This document shows, piece by piece, positions 51,758-64,000 of a stretch of 64,000 nucleotides of DNA; within the stretch, counting starts at the first letter, position 1, and every line of letters begins with the position of its first letter. The stretch is from Lingula anatina (lineage: Eukaryota; Animalia; Brachiopoda). The DNA lies in NCBI GenBank assembly GCA_051362555.1, contig CM120645.1, positions 14,384,001-14,448,000 of the forward strand. The letters run 5' to 3'. Position numbers and translations under genes: made by a program. The notes beneath the pieces were generated by a model. The model was not told the origin of the DNA. It did not search any database and saw nothing but the letters and a program-made list of their open reading frames with translations.

Positions 51758-53721
51758 TATGTGAACAAAGCTGACAACGTGGTCGTAGGTCCAGTGCAGA
51801 GAGATATATCACAGGATATCACGGGATAATTTGAAACATAAATGGAATTCTCAGTCAAAATAAAGAGAACTCTCGCAAATAAAAGAATGGGTAACTGATA
51901 TCTTTTCACGACTTTATTTCTTGAGTGAGCTCAAAATGACCGTAGCCTTTAAAAAAAGTGTCCTAGCAACGGAAGTCTGAAGCAGCTTTTGTCAATGTTT
52001 GTTAATTTCATTTTAGGCTAATAGGGGATGTTATTTAAAAAAAACTGTCTAGTTGCCTTCAGTTTACAAAATGAATCAAAGTACACAATTATGCGGCATA
52101 CAAATTATTACTTTCTTTTCCTTATTTCTACTTTTCTTTTCAGTAATTTTATTGTAAGTTTTTTTAAAGCTGAAGAGGTTCATTTAGCTTCATCTTCAAT
52201 CTTCATATACCCTGTACAAGTCTTCTTGTATTCTGTTCCATGAAAAAAATTTAAAGAAAAAAAAAACTGCAAAGGGTGGGGGAAGAATTTGGACACACCC
52301 CCCCCCCCCCCCCCCGTCTCAATATAGCTGACCATGACCGTTATATTGAACTCAAAGCTGCTTTTGCCCTAGTCTTAAATTATTAACATAAGTCACATTG
52401 CTTTTATTTATAAACAATTCCAAAAAATGTGTTCACCATGAAACGTATAGTGGTATGACAGAAATCAAAACGGTTATTTTTTTCACTAGCACCAGCGACA
52501 ATACTTATAGAGAAAAGTGTCACCTTGAGAAAGCCCGTCAACAAACGGTGACGAGTGGCTCAGCCTTGCTCCAGGCGACGCCATTCCCAACTACGAGTCA
52601 CGGTGATTTTTGGTACGTAGGCGTCCGCTCCTCGCTTACGTCTGATGATTTAATCCAAAGACCCCATTTCGAAACAGTTTGGTATTTATCGAAATGGATA
52701 AAACAGTTTGGCATCAACCTCCGCATTGCAAAGGTTTGACTTTTAAATTTCAATCCGTTAGAATTATGGTTCTTGGTTTCTGCTACCAAACCTTTTTACA
52801 CGCCTTGGGTGTTGCCAACGCGTATCTTTTCATGTTTTTCAAGTTTATCAATTTTTAAAATAAATGTTAATATAGGCCTAGTTGTTCTAAAATTGAATTG
52901 CCTTAAATAGAGTAGTCCCATTTTCATCGGCGCAATGCCAAAACTGTGAATAGGCATTGGCTTTTGAAATGACTGAGCGAGTTCACCTCTTTTGCTCAAA
53001 CGCCAGGAGCGCAAAAATGAACATCTTTCTCACTGTGTTTTAACCTACTGGATTTCGCTTGCAGCAAAATTGCTCTGATTTTTAAGTGCTCACACATGCC
53101 AACCCACTTACACGGATCTTTAAAACTAAGTGTTATAAATAGCAGCCTACTCTCCCTACTTCCGCGTCGTATAGTATATAGGCTACAGTTAAAATAATCG
53201 ACGTCAAACAGGCGAGTTTAATCTTCTTGAAGCGGATTTACGCTTGTAAGGCATAAAAAAACCAAACGTGCTGTCGGAAACTGGCAGTAAGTAACGGGAC
53301 CAAGACGGAGACAGAAATTTAAACTGAAATAAACAAGAGAAAGGGGAAAATTGACATATCACGAAAGGTATTTTCATCTCAAACAGTTTTACATCTTACA
53401 TCTATACATGTTATTTATAAAGAGATGCTAATTTTATAAACTTTGACTGTCTCGGTTTATTCAGTGATTATAACTTAAATATCGGTGATAGACGGTAGAA
53501 AGGAGAGAGAGAGAGCAAGAGAATACAAACGAAGTCTACGTAAACATCTTTGTATCATGCATGTTGGCTTTATTTATTTTATTTTTTGCGATACATCATG
53601 TACTGTGCTACTGAACACATTTCTTTAAATTCATGAATCACAGATGTATTAGCCGTTTTTCTTGTATTTCTACAATTTCATCCCATGTCAATTTTCTGTC
53701 ATATTCTCTCCAGAACGCAAC

Positions 53722-62524
<8,803 letters not shown>

Positions 62525-63015
62525 TGCGTTGCATACGTTTGATGGGAAAAACACGTACATGCGACTCACGTTTTCTTTTCATTCATAATGGATGATTTCA
62601 ATAAAAATGATTCTAAAAGAATACATGATGTGATATTGGTAAAAGATTGTAAATAGACTGGTTTTATCTAATAAGAAAAAAAAAGAGAAAGAAAAAAATG
62701 AATCAATGGTAAAGATTATACTGTATGTCAATACAAATTCAAAATAAACAATGAATACTTTCCCAATGAGCAATTCAAATAATTTATTACAAAGACTGCT
62801 TACATCATACAAGAATCCTGGCAAAGCTGTTGGCCATATTGGAACGGGTTTCCAATATCTCTGTTGTATTGCCATGAGAATTTTATATCAAAATAGCATT
62901 AAAGGCTCTATGACTTAATATTACCATTAGTAAGTTATATTAATATGACCTGTTATGGCTTTTTTTTAGAAAATAGGGAAGCCAATTAAATCAGAAAGTA
63001 AAATACCGAAACTAA

Positions 63016-63763
63016 GATCGCATTCACAACGAGTTGAGCCAGGCTTTACAAATCCTGGGGACTAAATATGGCAGACGTACATGAAAGAAAAACCGCCTAA
63101 TCTTTTAATAGTCTCTCCGCCTCTCACACGTCTCCCCACACGTCGTCCCTGAGGGGTACAGTCATTAAATCTCGGCTCCGTTCGCCATGAATTGAATGAA
63201 TGAATTGGCCCGTAGAGCAGCTATGAATCGGGATCAAAATCGTGAAAACACCCCCCCTTCCAGTTCGATCAGGCGTAGGGAACAAGACAAACATCAGCAT
63301 CAGAACGAACTGCGCCCTTTGATGAGACTGCATACGCAAAAATTCTGCCCTCCTCCTCCGTCTACTGGGGCTGGGTATCTCCATGAATATCTCTGTGAAT
63401 ATCTCTGGTGACATTATCTCCGTAGATAGCCGATTCAATGCTGATCTATGGGCCAATTCATATCTTTTTCGTCTCTGTTTTGAAAGATAATAGAACAGAA
63501 GAGCTTTTTTCATTCGATCACCTCCAGCCGCCATGCTTTCTTCACCTAGAGTTTAATTGATGAGCATGCGCACTTAATATTTCTCAGGTAGCTTCAGCAT
63601 GGCGAACGGAGTCGATGACTGTACCCCGCAGGGACGACGTGTGGGGAGGCGTGTGAGAGGCGGAGAGACTATTAAAAGATTAGGCGGTTTTCCTTTCATG
63701 TACGTCCGCCATATTTAGTCTCAGGATTTGTAAAGCCTGGCTCAAATCGTTGTGAATGCGGTC
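63016..63763 (-). mobile_element. Non-autonomous PIF/Harbinger element with ~150-bp TIRs
   Basis: TAA|gatcgcattcacaacgag... / ...atcgttgtgaatgcggtc|TAA. Arms ~63016-63165 and ~63614-63763. The internal ATG at 63534 (MAAGGDRMKKALLFYYLSKQRRKR..RRRRRAEF..) resembles a truncated Harbinger transposase N-terminus. Confidence 0.85.
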
Positions 63764-64000
63764 TAATTAGACCTTCTGAACCCAAGATAACAGTACCAGA
63801 AATCCAAGCAATTCAAGTAGAGAGGAACTACTAGTGCTCCTCTCTAGTAACAGACAACTGATTTCTACTGGTAGAGCAGATTGTATTGTATGTAAATAAA
63901 TTATTTTTACTGTATATCATAAAGGGAATTTTCTTCGTTTTTTTCCTTATAGTTTTAGTTTTTTGTTGAATAAATTAAAATTTATTCAATAACTCAAGTA

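Overview
AT-rich, intron-rich animal genomic DNA. The gene content (DD3-3 paralogues, BEL/Pao, Helentron-type and Penelope-type repeats) points to a marine invertebrate, but the species cannot be named from sequence alone. (1) 0.9-12 kb is a dense transposon mosaic. An apparently intact, spliced hAT (ZNF862-like) element with a 6-bp TSD sits inside a Maverick/Polinton DNA-polymerase relic and carries a deleted piggyBac in an intron. Around it are short piggyBac, Harbinger/ISL2EU, THAP and P2X7-ballast-like fragments, nearly all on the minus strand. (2) 15.2-19.1 kb (+) is a secreted two-FAS1-domain gene with a duplicated, probably mutually exclusive exon pair. (3) 20.8-48.5 kb holds two head-to-head DD3-3 paralogues, one secreted and one with a C-terminal TM anchor, sharing a short CpG-rich intergenic region. 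Their introns contain a Helentron-type element with a 146-bp satellite, a Penelope-type hammerhead relic and a full-length young BEL/Pao retrotransposon. (4) 53.7-62.5 kb (+) is a 13-exon gene that looks like a true but compact homologue of horseshoe-crab clotting Factor C (Cys-rich RWK motif, EGF, 3 CCP, Phe-Ile activated protease; no LCCL or lectin domain). (5) 63.0-63.8 kb is a non-autonomous PIF/Harbinger element. All exon coordinates were read by hand from GT-AG sites and reading-frame phase. Family assignments come from recalled motifs, not database searches.
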